DNA of 64,000 nt from a candidate division WOR-3 bacterium (GCA_039804105.1 JBDRZU010000001.1:1184001-1248000); one strand, 5' to 3'; counted from the first letter of the stretch, positions 42,115 through 53,042 are shown. The notes: generated by a model from the letters alone, not told the origin. Made by a program: numbers and translations.

Positions 42115-43896
42115 TTAAATTTTTTTCAAAACAACTATAATATTTTCAATATCTGAAGGATCTATAAGTCCATATAGATCTTTTATCTTTTCAACTTCAT
42201 ACTTTGAAAGGATCTCTTTTGCCTCTTTTGAGATTATCGGGGATGTCAACAATCTGTTTTTATCTTTTATCAACTTTTCACCATTCTCAAGGATTATTTT
42301 TGTTATCCTTTTATATTTTTCTATATATCCTCTGTACTTATTTTCTGAATATATGAAAATTAATGCTCTTTCAGAAAATTCGGGTAATAATTTTTTAAAA
42401 TCTTCATAAGGGAATGATGGATCCTTTAAAAACTCAAACTTTTTCTTTAAAATAAAATTCTCTTTATCATGATAAAGAAAATTTTTTAACTCTTCTGCTT
42501 CTTCAAAAAGTTTTTTGTATAGTTCAGATCTTCTGCCGTTAAACTTTATCTTTTCGACTATATCTTTCAATCTTACAAATGAGTTATCCTGTCTTAAAAA
42601 CAATCTATTTTCAGATCTTGAAGTGAACAACCTGTATGGCTCCGTTAGATCCTTTTTGATTATATCGTCTATCAAAACTCCAATGTATGAGTTAAACCTA
42701 TCAAAAACTATATTATCTTTTCCAAGAAAAGATAATGCAGCGTTTAAACCCGCTACATAACCCTGTGCTGCTGCTTCTTCATATCCACTTGTTCCGTTAA
42801 TCTGTCCAGCAAAAAAAAGACCTTTTATACCTTTATGTTCAAGAGTTGGTTTTATCTGTTTACTTTTCAATGCATCATATTCAATAGCATATCCTGGTTG
42901 AGTAAAAACACTTTTTTCAAGACCTTTTATACTCTGGATGTATTCATATTGAACATCAACAGGTAATGAAGAAGATGCACCGTTTACATAAACCAGTTCA
43001 CTTTCAACACCCATTGGTTCGATGAAGATCGTGTGTGAACTTCTATCTGAAAATTTTACAACTTTATCTTCCAGAGATGGACAATATCTTGGCCCTTTCC
43101 CTTCTATATTTCCAGAATAGAGTGCGGAAAGATGAAGATTTTCTTTAATCGTTTTGTGTGTATTCTCATTTGTTCTTGTGATATAACAGGAAATTTTGTT
43201 TTCTACTTTTTGGGTTAATATTGAAAAAGATCCTGTATTATCCTCTCCCTTCTGTTCCTCCATTTTTGAAAAGTCAACACTGTTTTTCTTCAATCTTGGA
43301 CTTGTTCCCGTTTTTAACCTTATCAGTTTTATTCCTGTATTTTTTAAAGATTCTGATAATTTTAAAGAACTTTTTTCAGAAAATCTTCCTCCGTTTATCT
43401 GTTCTTTTCCAATAAAAATTTTTCCACCAAGGAATGTTCCCGAACATATAATAACATAACCAGTTTTTATCATACCAGTTTTTTCAAGTTTAATCCCGGC
43501 AACTTTATTTTCTTGAACAACTATCTCAACAACTTCATCCTCAACGATTGAAAGGTTTTTAAAATTTTCTAATATTTTTAACGCGTTTTTAGGATAGGTA
43601 TCAGAATCTATCTGTGCTCTTAACGACCAAACAGCGGGTCCCTTACTTGAGTTTAAAAGTTTAAAATGTATTCCCGATAGATCTGCAAGAAGAGGCATAG
43701 AACCTGAAAGCACATCGAGTTCAAATACAAGATGGCTTTTTCCGATTCCACCGATTGATGGATTGCATGAAGGGAACCCGATTTTGTTTCTATCGAAAGT
43801 AACCAGAAGTGTTTTAAGATTGAAATTACTTATTATTGTGGCTGCCTCTATACCGGCATGTCCACCACCAACAACAACGATATCGTATTGGGACAT
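42115..43896 (-). CDS. mnmG: tRNA U34 modification enzyme MnmG/GidA
   Basis: GGGHAGIEAA, SCNPSIGG, GPRYCPS, GQINGTSGYEEAAAQG. Confidence 0.96.
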   Translation of the reverse strand: MSQYDIVVVGGGHAGIEAATIISNFNLKTLLVTFDRNKIGFPSCNPSIGGIGKSHLVFELDVLSGSMPLLADLSGIHFKLLNSSKGPAVWSLRAQIDSDTYPKNALKILENFKNLSIVEDEVVEIVVQENKVAGIKLEKTGMIKTGYVIICSGTFLGGKIFIGKEQINGGRFSEKSSLKLSESLKNTGIKLIRLKTGTSPRLKKNSVDFSKMEEQKGEDNTGSFSILTQKVENKISCYITRTNENTHKTIKENLHLSALYSGNIEGKGPRYCPSLEDKVVKFSDRSSHTIFIEPMGVESELVYVNGASSSLPVDVQYEYIQSIKGLEKSVFTQPGYAIEYDALKSKQIKPTLEHKGIKGLFFAGQINGTSGYEEAAAQGYVAGLNAALSFLGKDNIVFDRFNSYIGVLIDDIIKKDLTEPYRLFTSRSENRLFLRQDNSFVRLKDIVEKIKFNGRRSELYKKLFEEAEELKNFLYHDKENFILKKKFEFLKDPSFPYEDFKKLLPEFSERALIFIYSENKYRGYIEKYKRITKIILENGEKLIKDKNRLLTSPIISKEAKEILSKYEVEKIKDLYGLIDPSDIENIIVVLKKI

Positions 43897-43899
43897 TAT

Positions 43900-44364
43900 T
43901 TAAACTGTTTCTTCCTCTTTGAAAATTCGGATAATATCTTTTGCTGTTTCAGCTTTAAGAATTTTTTCTCTGAAACTTTCCTTTCTGCATATTCTCGAAA
44001 TTCTTGCAAGGAGTTGAATGTATTTATTTTTATTCTCTTCATTCGATGCTATAAGAAAGAATATGTGTACCGGCTTTGAATCGAAAGATTTAAAATCGAT
44101 CCCATCCCTTGATATACCAAACGCAAGAGCGAGTCCTGCCACTGTTTCAGTTCTTGCATGTGGTATCGCAATGTTGTGTCCAATACCTGTTGTTTCGATC
44201 GCTTCCCTTTCTTTCAGTTTTTCAACAAGCAGATTTTTATCCTCAACAAGGTTGTTGTCAACAAGTATCTGTGCAAGTTCAACCAAAACATCGTCTTTGG
44301 TTTTTGATTTCAAATCTGGTTTTATAAGTTTTTCATTTAAAAGGTTATATAAAAATTCCATCAA
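43900..44364 (-). CDS. PTS IIA domain protein (PtsN-like)
   Basis: ERE..TTGIG..IAIPHAR. Confidence 0.88.
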   Translation of the reverse strand: MMEFLYNLLNEKLIKPDLKSKTKDDVLVELAQILVDNNLVEDKNLLVEKLKEREAIETTGIGHNIAIPHARTETVAGLALAFGISRDGIDFKSFDSKPVHIFFLIASNEENKNKYIQLLARISRICRKESFREKILKAETAKDIIRIFKEEETV

Positions 44365-45143
44365 TCTTCCTCTTCTTTTTTAAAAATATTTTTTATTCTA
44401 TCAAAAAAACTGAAATTATTCAAGACCCTATTTTCTAAAAATTCTCCTACAACCACTTTTGAAGGATTTTCATAAAAAATTTTAATTGCGACATTTTTTC
44501 CAAAATTTTTTTCAATTACATTATAAGAGGATGATAGTATCGGTGGTCTTAAATCGATTGAATGTGCATCTGAAGAAATAAAATGAACAAGATTTTTTTT
44601 AAAAACTTTTAAAAACAGAGGAAAAACACTCTTATTTAAAGCATCATCCGTGTTAAACTGGAACAGAACTCCAAGATCTAAAAGTTCTTCAAGAAAAGAG
44701 ATGTTTGAAAAAATTTTTCTGTTCCTGAAAGGATGCACGATTATTGGGGTTATATCCATAGAGGTAAAATATTTTATTATTTCTTTATAATATAAAGGTA
44801 TATCGAGAAAAGGAAATTCAAGAAGTATATATTTTCCCATTTCGTTTATGGTTAAAATATTTATATTTTCTTCATACTTTTTGATCAGGTCCTTATCGAT
44901 TCTAACCTCAAACCCAAGATGTAGTTTTATATTGATATTTTCTTTTTCTGCTTTTTCTTTTAAGGTCTGGAAATTTTGTTTTGCCTGATCTGGTTCGTAT
45001 CTGAATTCTTCTGCGATGTGTGGAGTTAAAACAATCTCTTTTATCCCATCATTTTGGGCAATTTTCAACATTTCCAGAGATGTTTCAAGATCTTTTGGTC
45101 CATCATCTATTCCATAAAGTAAATGGTTATGAATATCGATCAT
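44361..45143 (-). CDS. PHP-family tyrosine phosphatase (CpsB/CapC-like)
   Basis: DIHNHLL.GIDDG, TPH, HP.R, SDAH. Confidence 0.9.
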   Translation of the reverse strand: MIDIHNHLLYGIDDGPKDLETSLEMLKIAQNDGIKEIVLTPHIAEEFRYEPDQAKQNFQTLKEKAEKENINIKLHLGFEVRIDKDLIKKYEENINILTINEMGKYILLEFPFLDIPLYYKEIIKYFTSMDITPIIVHPFRNRKIFSNISFLEELLDLGVLFQFNTDDALNKSVFPLFLKVFKKNLVHFISSDAHSIDLRPPILSSSYNVIEKNFGKNVAIKIFYENPSKVVVGEFLENRVLNNFSFFDRIKNIFKKEEED

Positions 45144-45192
45144 ATAAATTGTATTTTAACAAAAACCGATTTATTTTCAATAAAAATTTTTC

Positions 45193-45221
45193 TTGACAAA
45201 AAATAAAAAATTTTCTAAAAT
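45193..45221 (+). promoter_or_regulatory. Sigma70-type promoter of the secreted-protein locus
   Basis: TTGACA-17-TAAAAT, then AAAGGAGGT RBS and ATG 45244. Confidence 0.75.
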
Positions 45222-45243
45222 TCAAATATAAAAGGAGGTAAAT

Positions 45244-48200
45244 ATGAAGAAGAGAAGAGAAGAGAAGAGAAGAGATCTTTCTCAGTTGTAAAAAGTTTTC
45301 CATTTTATTGATTTTTCTTTTTATGCTCCATTCGTTAAATAACATTATTGCAGAAGAAAAAGCATCTGCTGATTCACTTAATATTTTTACCATTTCAACT
45401 GTTCCAATGTCTTTTGCGGAAGATGTATTTTTGTTGGATAATATATGTTTTGTTACAGATCAAACTGAAGTTTATGCAATTGATGTTTTAAACAAAGAAA
45501 ATCCTTTAATTTTAAACAAATTTATTGACTCAATATATTCCTATGCGGTATGTGGTTATAAAGGGACTTATGGAGAGTATAATGTTTTTGTAGGTTCTGC
45601 CGGGGATACAAAAAGAGGGCTTTTTTACTTACAATTTTTGAACAATGAATTTAATCTTAGATTAGGAGAGAGTTATTCTGCTGTAAGAGATTTGTTTTAT
45701 GATTCTCCATATCTATATGTAGCAGGGGATGATGGTTTTAGAATTTATTATGCTGATAATGGATTTTTTAGTTTAATCTCCTGTATAAATATTACCAATT
45801 TAAAAGGTATACACATAAAAGATACATTAGCATTTATGGTTTCTGATGTAGATTCTTTATTAAGGATTTTTAATATAGCAGACAGACAAAAACCAAAACT
45901 CATTTCTAAATTAATTGTAGGAAAAGCCCCATGGGAGGTAAATGTAACAGGTAACTATGCTTTTGTTTTAGTAGAAGGGCAATTTGTTACAATAGATATA
46001 TCAAATCTTGTTAATCCTATAATTTTAAACAGATTTTCATTTTCTCATGGTCAGTCAGAAGGTAGGATTTTTATTGAAAATAATTATGTTTATATTGGTC
46101 ATGTGAATTATGGTATTGAAATTCTTGATATTACAAACCCAGCCGCCCCGACAATGGTAGGGTATTATTATTATCCATTGAAGTTTGGAATGGGAGCTCT
46201 TGGTGTAGTTGTGAAAAACAAAACTATCTATACAGGTTTTACAACCAATGGATTTAAAATTTTTCAATTTTGTCCCAATGGATTTTTATTTGATATGCAA
46301 TATTCCAGTTGTGTTAATTATGAAATTTTAGATACAATAGAGATTTTATTAACAAAAGAAAACACCTCTTTACCTTTTAGGAATGCTGAGGTCTATCTAA
46401 CTGATTTTAAGGGGAATAAAATTACCGAATCGAAATATCCTGATGAAAATGGAAAAATTTATTTTGAAATGATAAAAAGTGATACTTTTCCTCTTTATAT
46501 TGTAGCCAAAAATCTTATTACGATAGGTCAGATTGAACAGAATAAAGTTTATACAAACTACAAACGTTTTGCATCAATAGAAACTATGAGAGAAATTCCT
46601 GTTTTGAAAGAAGTGGACTATGCAATAAAAGTTTTAGAATATATAACCTATCCTCCAGAAACCTTAAAAACCAATACAAAGCCATCAATAGGGGCAAATG
46701 TAAAATGTTATGATGAAAAGGGAAAAATTTATTTTAATACTTTAACGGATAATAATGGGGATGTATCTTATTTGTTTAATTTAAAATCAAATTTACGTCT
46801 ATTTGTGGAAATTGATAAAACAGGTTTTGTAAAAGAAATCAGAGAGATAATGCCCTATATATGGAGTAAGAGTGGATATGGATTGGGATTAAACAACCAG
46901 AGGAAGGTTGTAAGGGAATTGAACAGTGATAGAATGCATATAGTGTATACGGATGGAGATAGTATTGTGTATGGATACAGTGATAATTTTGGAGGGATCT
47001 GGAATCTTGAGAAGATAGGAAAGGGGAAAAATCCTTCCCTTGTGAAGACGACAGAGGGTTTAATAGCGATGTGGAATAATGGGACGAACATAGAGTATGC
47101 TGTGAAGAGTTCACCATGGGGAGGATACAGTCAATATCCAATGTTATGGAGTTCAGAGCCGGTGTTATTTAGTAGTTGGGAGAGTGACAGGAAGATAGGT
47201 GGATATATAGGATACAGATATGAAGGGTTAAATAGAGGGGACTTGATAGTGGGCGTATGGAAAGATGAGGACATAGGTAACATTGAATTTGATACAGTAT
47301 TTACATATACAGGCACAACAGATAGAGTGGTTCCAATGTTTTCACCTGTTGTGGTTCCTTATTATGATGTTGCAACATTGTCGGAGTCATATATGGCTGC
47401 ATGCATAGATACAGGCTGGCATCTTGTTGGGAGTAGGTGGAATGGTTCAATTTCAAACTGGAGTTATTTTGATTTTATCAGTCCAGTAAATCAGAAGGCA
47501 CAGAATCCATCAGGAGATTATGATAACAGGGTCACGATATTTATATGGGAGGTTGATAATGGAGATGGGACGACGGAGATCTGGAATTCGAAGTATGGTA
47601 GAGTTAGTTTTGGAAGAGGGGTAAACAGATATCCAGTAAGCAGGAATGTGGTGCAGTCATCATATATAAAGGATTATGATAAGATAATAGGATACAGGGC
47701 GGGATATTCAGATACGTTGACACCTGAGAGTTATGTGATATATGATGGAGATGATTCGATATATAGTATGGATGCTGTGTATAAGAAAGGGTTAATAGAG
47801 ACAAAGTTTTATTATTGCTGGTTTGAGGGTAGTAATGGGGAATACAGATTTAAATCGAAGGTGAGGAGTTACAGTCAAAATGTGTTGCCATATTCGAGTG
47901 GAGAACCGACAGATACGATAGATGGTGTGATAATAAGTCCATTGAGGGAGTATGTTAAGGGTAATTTTAAGATAGAGAGGATGGTGTATGAAGTGGGTGG
48001 AATGAATAGAGAGATGAACTATCTGGTGAAGGTAAAGATAGAAGATAAAAATCCACATATACCAGAAGTTGTTCAGATAGATGGAGAGGTGTATGGAGTA
48101 ATTTATGGTGGTCCTGGAGAGAAGGTATTGGAGATAGTTGTTCCAAAAGAGAAATATGAAGGTGACAGAAAAATAGAGATCAGTATAGACAGGAAGAAGG

Positions 48201-48565
48201 GGGATAAAAACAGGGTAGCAAAGATAGAGGTATATGAATATGAAGAGGAAGTGGGAGTTATATCGATGGTGAAAGGAGGGATAAAAGCGGAAGGGAAAGA
48301 GACAGTGGAAGAGAAATATGAAAGTATGATAAACAATATCAGGTATAATGAGGGTAATGGTCGAATAGAATATATGATGAATGGAGCGGGAGATGTGAAG
48401 ATAAGAGTTATGGATATAACAGGGCGAATAGTGGAAAAGAAGGAGATGGGGTATCAAGTTAAGGGAGAATATGGAATGGATATAAAGATAAAGAAAGGGA
48501 TATATTTTGTTGTTATAGATGTTGGAGGTATAGAATATACAAAGAAGATAGTGAGAGTGAGATAG
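45244..48565 (+). CDS. Large secreted protein (LVIVD-like repeats, Ig-like segments, T9SS-like CTD), frameshifted at the SSR
   Basis: Open frame 45308-48565 with LVIVD-type repeats and VMDITGRIV..GIYFV..KKIVRVR; SD-led ATG 45244 is out of frame. Confidence 0.75.
45250..45274 (+). repeat. (AAGAG)5 simple sequence repeat in the signal-peptide coding region
   Basis: Five perfect pentamers right after the SD-led ATG. Confidence 0.95.
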
Positions 48566-48587
48566 GGGTATTATACCCCTGTCTTTT
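48561..48587 (+). terminator. Intrinsic terminator-like hairpin
   Basis: GATAGGGGTA-tta-TACCCCTGTC followed by TTTT. Confidence 0.65.
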
Positions 48588-48601
48588 ATAAGGTGGGAGA
48601 T

Positions 48602-50851
48602 ATGAAGAGTGTAATTGTTCTGGTGATAATGTTATTGATGATGATTGTTGTGTATGGTGATTTTGAGATGTTGACAACATTTCCACATGGCGCAATAATG
48701 CAACAACAAGGTTGGTTTTCGATAGGTAAATTTGATTTTAACAATAATGGAATAGAGGAGTTAATATTACATACGATACATTATAAATTGGGAGATGAAT
48801 TTTACCCCTATCATCCTTTTTTTGAATACAGGAGAGAAGGGGGATACCATTTTGAAGAGGTCTACAGGATTGTTCGTCATGGAGTTCTACCCATTGGTAT
48901 AGGGGATCTTGATAATGATGGTTTATATGAACTGATAGAGATGACAAGTATTTCAATATATATAATGGAACAGAAGAGCAGGGAAGAGTTTCCGGATACA
49001 ACGAAACAGGTCTTATGGTTGGCGGATACGACTTATTCATTTGGTCCATTGTATATAACGAACGAGTTGAAAGGGGATTCAATAGACAGATTGGTGTGGG
49101 TTGGTTTACCGGGTATAACCACAAGGACACGGAGTTATGGATGGGGGTATTTAGAGTATATTGGTGAAAACACACTTGAGTTGACACACACATTTGCTGA
49201 TACAGTGCAGTTAAAAAATCCTATCAGTGTAGGAAATATAAATAATAATGGACTTATTGATATAATAATTGCAACCAACTTTTATGCTAGTAGTAAAATC
49301 TTATGGTATGAAGCAACCGATAAGACATGTGATTCATTTAATTTTAAAGATAGTATAAGGTTTAGTGTTTGGAATGATAATGATCCGCTGTTAAAAAAAA
49401 TGATTTTTACAAACGATATAAACAGGAATGGATATAATGAAATCTTGTTAGCAAATTCTTGGTATATGGATGGATTAACATTGTATCAATACTACAGGTA
49501 TTATCTTATTGAATACAATCCAGAGACGGATAAATTGGAGATAAAATGGACAACAGAATGTAGTTCACCGCCGAATCCAAATATAACGATATGGGCTAAT
49601 GCGGATTTATTAAGTGCAGGTGTTGGATGTGATTGTGGAGATGTTGATGGAGATGGGCTGGAGGATATTTTGATAAATGGGGGAAGACATGTTGAAGTAT
49701 GGAAGAATTATGGTGGTGATATATATGGGAAGATATATGAATGGACAGATAGCACATACCAGACATTGAGCAGCACTGTGAGGGCTTATGATTTTAATGG
49801 TAATGGGATAAAGGAGGTTATATTTTTGGGGCATGATTACTGGTGTCCACCGCCCTATCCGACAGAATATACACCGGATGAATATCAAAGGACATATGTA
49901 TTTGAATACAGGAGATTGCAGGTAGATGTTGACAACAATGCGTTACTTAGGGATGTAGACACACTGATATTGGGTAGCAGTGTAAATGGAGATACATTGT
50001 ATAAGGAGATAAAGTTTTGCAATGTTGGGTATGATACGATAAAACTGGATTCAATCGTGTTTGAGAGTGAGTGTTATGGTGTGAAAGGGAGTTTTCCTGA
50101 ACTGATATGGGTAGGAGAGAGCGCGGGGAAAGAGATCTGGTTTAAGGGGGATAGTGCTGGGAGATATCTTGATAGTGCATGGATATATGGGGATAGTAAT
50201 AGGTATAAGTTAATGTTAAAAGGGGCATACAGATACAAAGTGGAGATAGATTCGATAGTTGCGAGTTATGTGAGTATATATGACAGGAATGTGGTAAGTA
50301 TATATTTTAATGAGAAGACGACGATGCCAGAGATAACGAAGGATAATATAGATGAAGTGTTGAGGTTGAGCAGTGGACATAGCTGGAAAGATAAATTTGG
50401 GGAAATATATAATACGAAGTGGATAAGATATAATGGAAGAGATAAACTGGTGGTGCAATTGAGTGCTGGAGGTAATAGACCAACAGTGAGTATAGGTGAT
50501 AGTGTGTATATTGATAATGGAGAGATAAGAGATGAATGGTTAAAAGAGAGAGTGGTGACATCTGGAGTGATAAGAGGGGAATTATATTTTAGTGGAATAG
50601 ATGAAGAAGAGATAAATAGAGATGGGTTGAATTTGACATACAAAGGAGGTGTTTTGTATTATAGTGTTGAAGAGGGAAAAATTTTTGAGATAGAGGTGTA
50701 TGATGTGATGGGTAGGGTGATAGCAAGAAGAGATGAGGGTAAAGGCAGAAAAGGCATAATAGATATGAATAGATATGGATGTGGAGTATATTTTGTGAGA
50801 ATGAGAAAGGGAGAAGATGTGATAACTAAAAAGATTGTGAAAATAAAATGA
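48602..50851 (+). CDS. Secreted FG-GAP/VCBS-repeat protein with T9SS-like CTD
   Basis: Signal peptide; DFNNNGIEE, GDLDNDGLYE, GDVDGDGLED, DFNGNGIKE; VYDVMGR..GVYFV..KKIVKIK. Confidence 0.8.
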   Translation: MKSVIVLVIMLLMMIVVYGDFEMLTTFPHGAIMQQQGWFSIGKFDFNNNGIEELILHTIHYKLGDEFYPYHPFFEYRREGGYHFEEVYRIVRHGVLPIGIGDLDNDGLYELIEMTSISIYIMEQKSREEFPDTTKQVLWLADTTYSFGPLYITNELKGDSIDRLVWVGLPGITTRTRSYGWGYLEYIGENTLELTHTFADTVQLKNPISVGNINNNGLIDIIIATNFYASSKILWYEATDKTCDSFNFKDSIRFSVWNDNDPLLKKMIFTNDINRNGYNEILLANSWYMDGLTLYQYYRYYLIEYNPETDKLEIKWTTECSSPPNPNITIWANADLLSAGVGCDCGDVDGDGLEDILINGGRHVEVWKNYGGDIYGKIYEWTDSTYQTLSSTVRAYDFNGNGIKEVIFLGHDYWCPPPYPTEYTPDEYQRTYVFEYRRLQVDVDNNALLRDVDTLILGSSVNGDTLYKEIKFCNVGYDTIKLDSIVFESECYGVKGSFPELIWVGESAGKEIWFKGDSAGRYLDSAWIYGDSNRYKLMLKGAYRYKVEIDSIVASYVSIYDRNVVSIYFNEKTTMPEITKDNIDEVLRLSSGHSWKDKFGEIYNTKWIRYNGRDKLVVQLSAGGNRPTVSIGDSVYIDNGEIRDEWLKERVVTSGVIRGELYFSGIDEEEINRDGLNLTYKGGVLYYSVEEGKIFEIEVYDVMGRVIARRDEGKGRKGIIDMNRYGCGVYFVRMRKGEDVITKKIVKIK

Positions 50852-50880
50852 AAAAGTTTTAAATAAAAAAAGGAGAGGGT

Positions 50881-52869
50881 ATGAAAAAAGTTTTGTTGTT
50901 TGCTTCAATACTGGGTTACTTTATGTATCTTTTTCCAGTGTTTGATTGTATTGAGATCAAAGAAAACAATACAGGTTATTATATTTCCAATCGTGGAAAC
51001 AATTTCCTTAACATTTATCCTATTAACAGAACTTTTTACTGGCCAGTCAATTATACTTCTGAAACTTATATGTTCGGTTCTGGGTTTGCTTTTGGAACAA
51101 TATGTTTGAATGATACTCTCTATTCAACTGGAGATGATTTATCTCATCCCGGTATATCAGATTTTGTTCCAGGTGATGGATCTGATAACCCGGCACCTTA
51201 TGACGATCCATTTTTCAGAATATATAAAAGTTATGATATACATTATCCTGTTGATTCAACACTTTCTCTTGTTGATGTTTATTGTGTTTATAATGATCTG
51301 GATAGTTCTTATAGATGGATTTCTTATTCATCACCTGTAAGAATAGTTGTTGAGCAACAATTGTATAATTTCAGAGCACCAAAAGTTGAAAATATGATTT
51401 TTATGAACTTTAAAATAAAAAATAAAAATACCGGTAATTTTGAAAAATCTTATTTCAGTTTTTGGGCTGATCCTGATATAGGAAGTGATTATTACAACGA
51501 ACTTTTAGGATTTGTTGAAGATGAGGATATAGTTTATCAGTTTCAACTTGAAGGTGAATCGGGATGGCATGATACTCCAGGTATCATTTCCTTTAAACTT
51601 TTGCAGGGTCCTATAGCAACAGAAACAGTTGATGTTTATCACGATGGAAGTAAAATCATTTTACCCTTTCAACCAATCTGTTTAACACAGTTCAGAAATG
51701 TTAATTATACAACCTATCCAGCAGATATCGAAAAGAGATATCTCTTATCAGCAGGTTATAAATTCTGGGAATTTGACTCATTGAATCCTGAGAATTCCTA
51801 TGAGCCATTTCCTCTCTGGACACAATCTCTTTCAGGTTACCCTGGCAAAAATCTGGACTCCACGAGTGCTGGAAATAAATCGTTAATTTTTTCTTCAGGT
51901 CCTTTCGATCTGAATGCGAACGATAGCATGAGTGTTTCGATGGTTGTTTATCTAACAAAATCTCCGGATAGCATTATTTCCCTTGGAAATTTAGCAAAAT
52001 GGTGGTGGAAAAACAGAAATACAAAATATTTACAGTTTCTAACACCTTTGAATTTACAAAAAATTTCATCTCAAACTATCTTTTCATGGGTTGGGAATAT
52101 AACTTTTCCAAAATATTCTTTACATTTTTTAAACCTTTCAACAGGAGTATGGTATGATGTTAAAGATTTAACCACAAACTCCTATTTGTTTAACCCAGCA
52201 ACTTTTAACGATGCTGTTTATCTATGTGGTGTTGGAGGATACACTGATACAAGTTTTATTGGAGATAAAAATCATCTTTACATTCTTGTAGACAATGCTG
52301 GTAAAAATGGTCCTCCTTATATTTATTCTTATGAAAAAAGTTTAACTGATGATAGTATAATCACATTAAAATGGAAAACACTTGATCCTGATGACAATCT
52401 ATCGAACAGTTATATCTACTTTGTTTCATCAACGAACGATTCTGTTTACAAAAAGACATTTGAAAAGACGGATACGATCTTTTCTTTAAATCTTGTTCAA
52501 TCTTTACCAGAGGATAACTACAAAATAGTTTTGATTTCAGTTGATGATTCTCTTCTTTCCGATACATCAATTGTTTACCATGAATTCTTCTTGTCAGGAA
52601 TCGATTATGATAGAAAAATTGAAAACAAAAATATTTTCACATTCAAAGTTTTGCAGAAAAAAGATTTGATTGAACTTATCGTTGAAGGTAAAAAAGATGA
52701 TGTTGAAATTTCGTTGTATAACATTGAAGGAAGAAAGATGGAAAACATCTACTCCGGCTCTGTTGATGGAACATTCAGAATCACAAGAAAACTGAATTTG
52801 CCCTGCGGAATATATTTTATAAAAGAAAAAACAACACGCAAGATACAGCATATCTACCTGATAAAATAA
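50881..52869 (+). CDS. Secreted protein with T9SS-like CTD, unknown function
   Basis: AGGAG RBS, signal peptide, WADPDIG and SSGPFDL segments, LYNIEGR..GIYFIK. Confidence 0.7.
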   Translation: MKKVLLFASILGYFMYLFPVFDCIEIKENNTGYYISNRGNNFLNIYPINRTFYWPVNYTSETYMFGSGFAFGTICLNDTLYSTGDDLSHPGISDFVPGDGSDNPAPYDDPFFRIYKSYDIHYPVDSTLSLVDVYCVYNDLDSSYRWISYSSPVRIVVEQQLYNFRAPKVENMIFMNFKIKNKNTGNFEKSYFSFWADPDIGSDYYNELLGFVEDEDIVYQFQLEGESGWHDTPGIISFKLLQGPIATETVDVYHDGSKIILPFQPICLTQFRNVNYTTYPADIEKRYLLSAGYKFWEFDSLNPENSYEPFPLWTQSLSGYPGKNLDSTSAGNKSLIFSSGPFDLNANDSMSVSMVVYLTKSPDSIISLGNLAKWWWKNRNTKYLQFLTPLNLQKISSQTIFSWVGNITFPKYSLHFLNLSTGVWYDVKDLTTNSYLFNPATFNDAVYLCGVGGYTDTSFIGDKNHLYILVDNAGKNGPPYIYSYEKSLTDDSIITLKWKTLDPDDNLSNSYIYFVSSTNDSVYKKTFEKTDTIFSLNLVQSLPEDNYKIVLISVDDSLLSDTSIVYHEFFLSGIDYDRKIENKNIFTFKVLQKKDLIELIVEGKKDDVEISLYNIEGRKMENIYSGSVDGTFRITRKLNLPCGIYFIKEKTTRKIQHIYLIK

Positions 52870-52874
52870 AGATC

Positions 52875-52903
52875 GGGGACGGTGCTTGACTTTTTGACAT
52901 TTT
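52875..52903 (+). repeat. Dispersed 29-bp element, copy 2
   Basis: GGGGACGGTGCTTGACTTTTTGACATTTT, 5 nt after a stop codon and just before the rRNA promoters. Confidence 0.95.
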
Positions 52904-52929
52904 AAGAATAAAAAAAATTTTATTTGCTC

Positions 52930-53042
52930 TTGACAGAAAAAATTTTTTGATTATAATGAAAAACACTGAAGGAACAACGCCCTTCAGGAAATTTCAAAAA
53001 AATAAAAATTGCTCTTGACAAATTTAAAAAGTTTGATATAAT
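52930..53042 (+). promoter_or_regulatory. Tandem rRNA promoters P1/P2
   Basis: TTGACA(52930)-16-TATAAT(52952) and TTGACA(53015)-16-TATAAT(53037), both preceded by TTGCTC; boxA-like GATCTTTGACA at ~53066. Confidence 0.85.

Noticed and set aside
47792..48457. 221-aa minus-strand ORF and other antisense ORFs in 46839-50908
   Set aside because: His/Ile/Tyr-rich shadows of the skewed plus-strand genes; no RBS or motifs.
45244..52869. Diversity-generating retroelement or CRISPR array explaining the variable secreted genes
   Set aside because: No reverse transcriptase, no template/variable repeat pair differing at adenines, and no repeat-spacer array seen.
52966..52987. CTGAAGG/CCTTCAG hairpin between the rRNA promoters as a tRNA remnant or sRNA
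   Set aside because: Too short, no cloverleaf; likely just leader structure.
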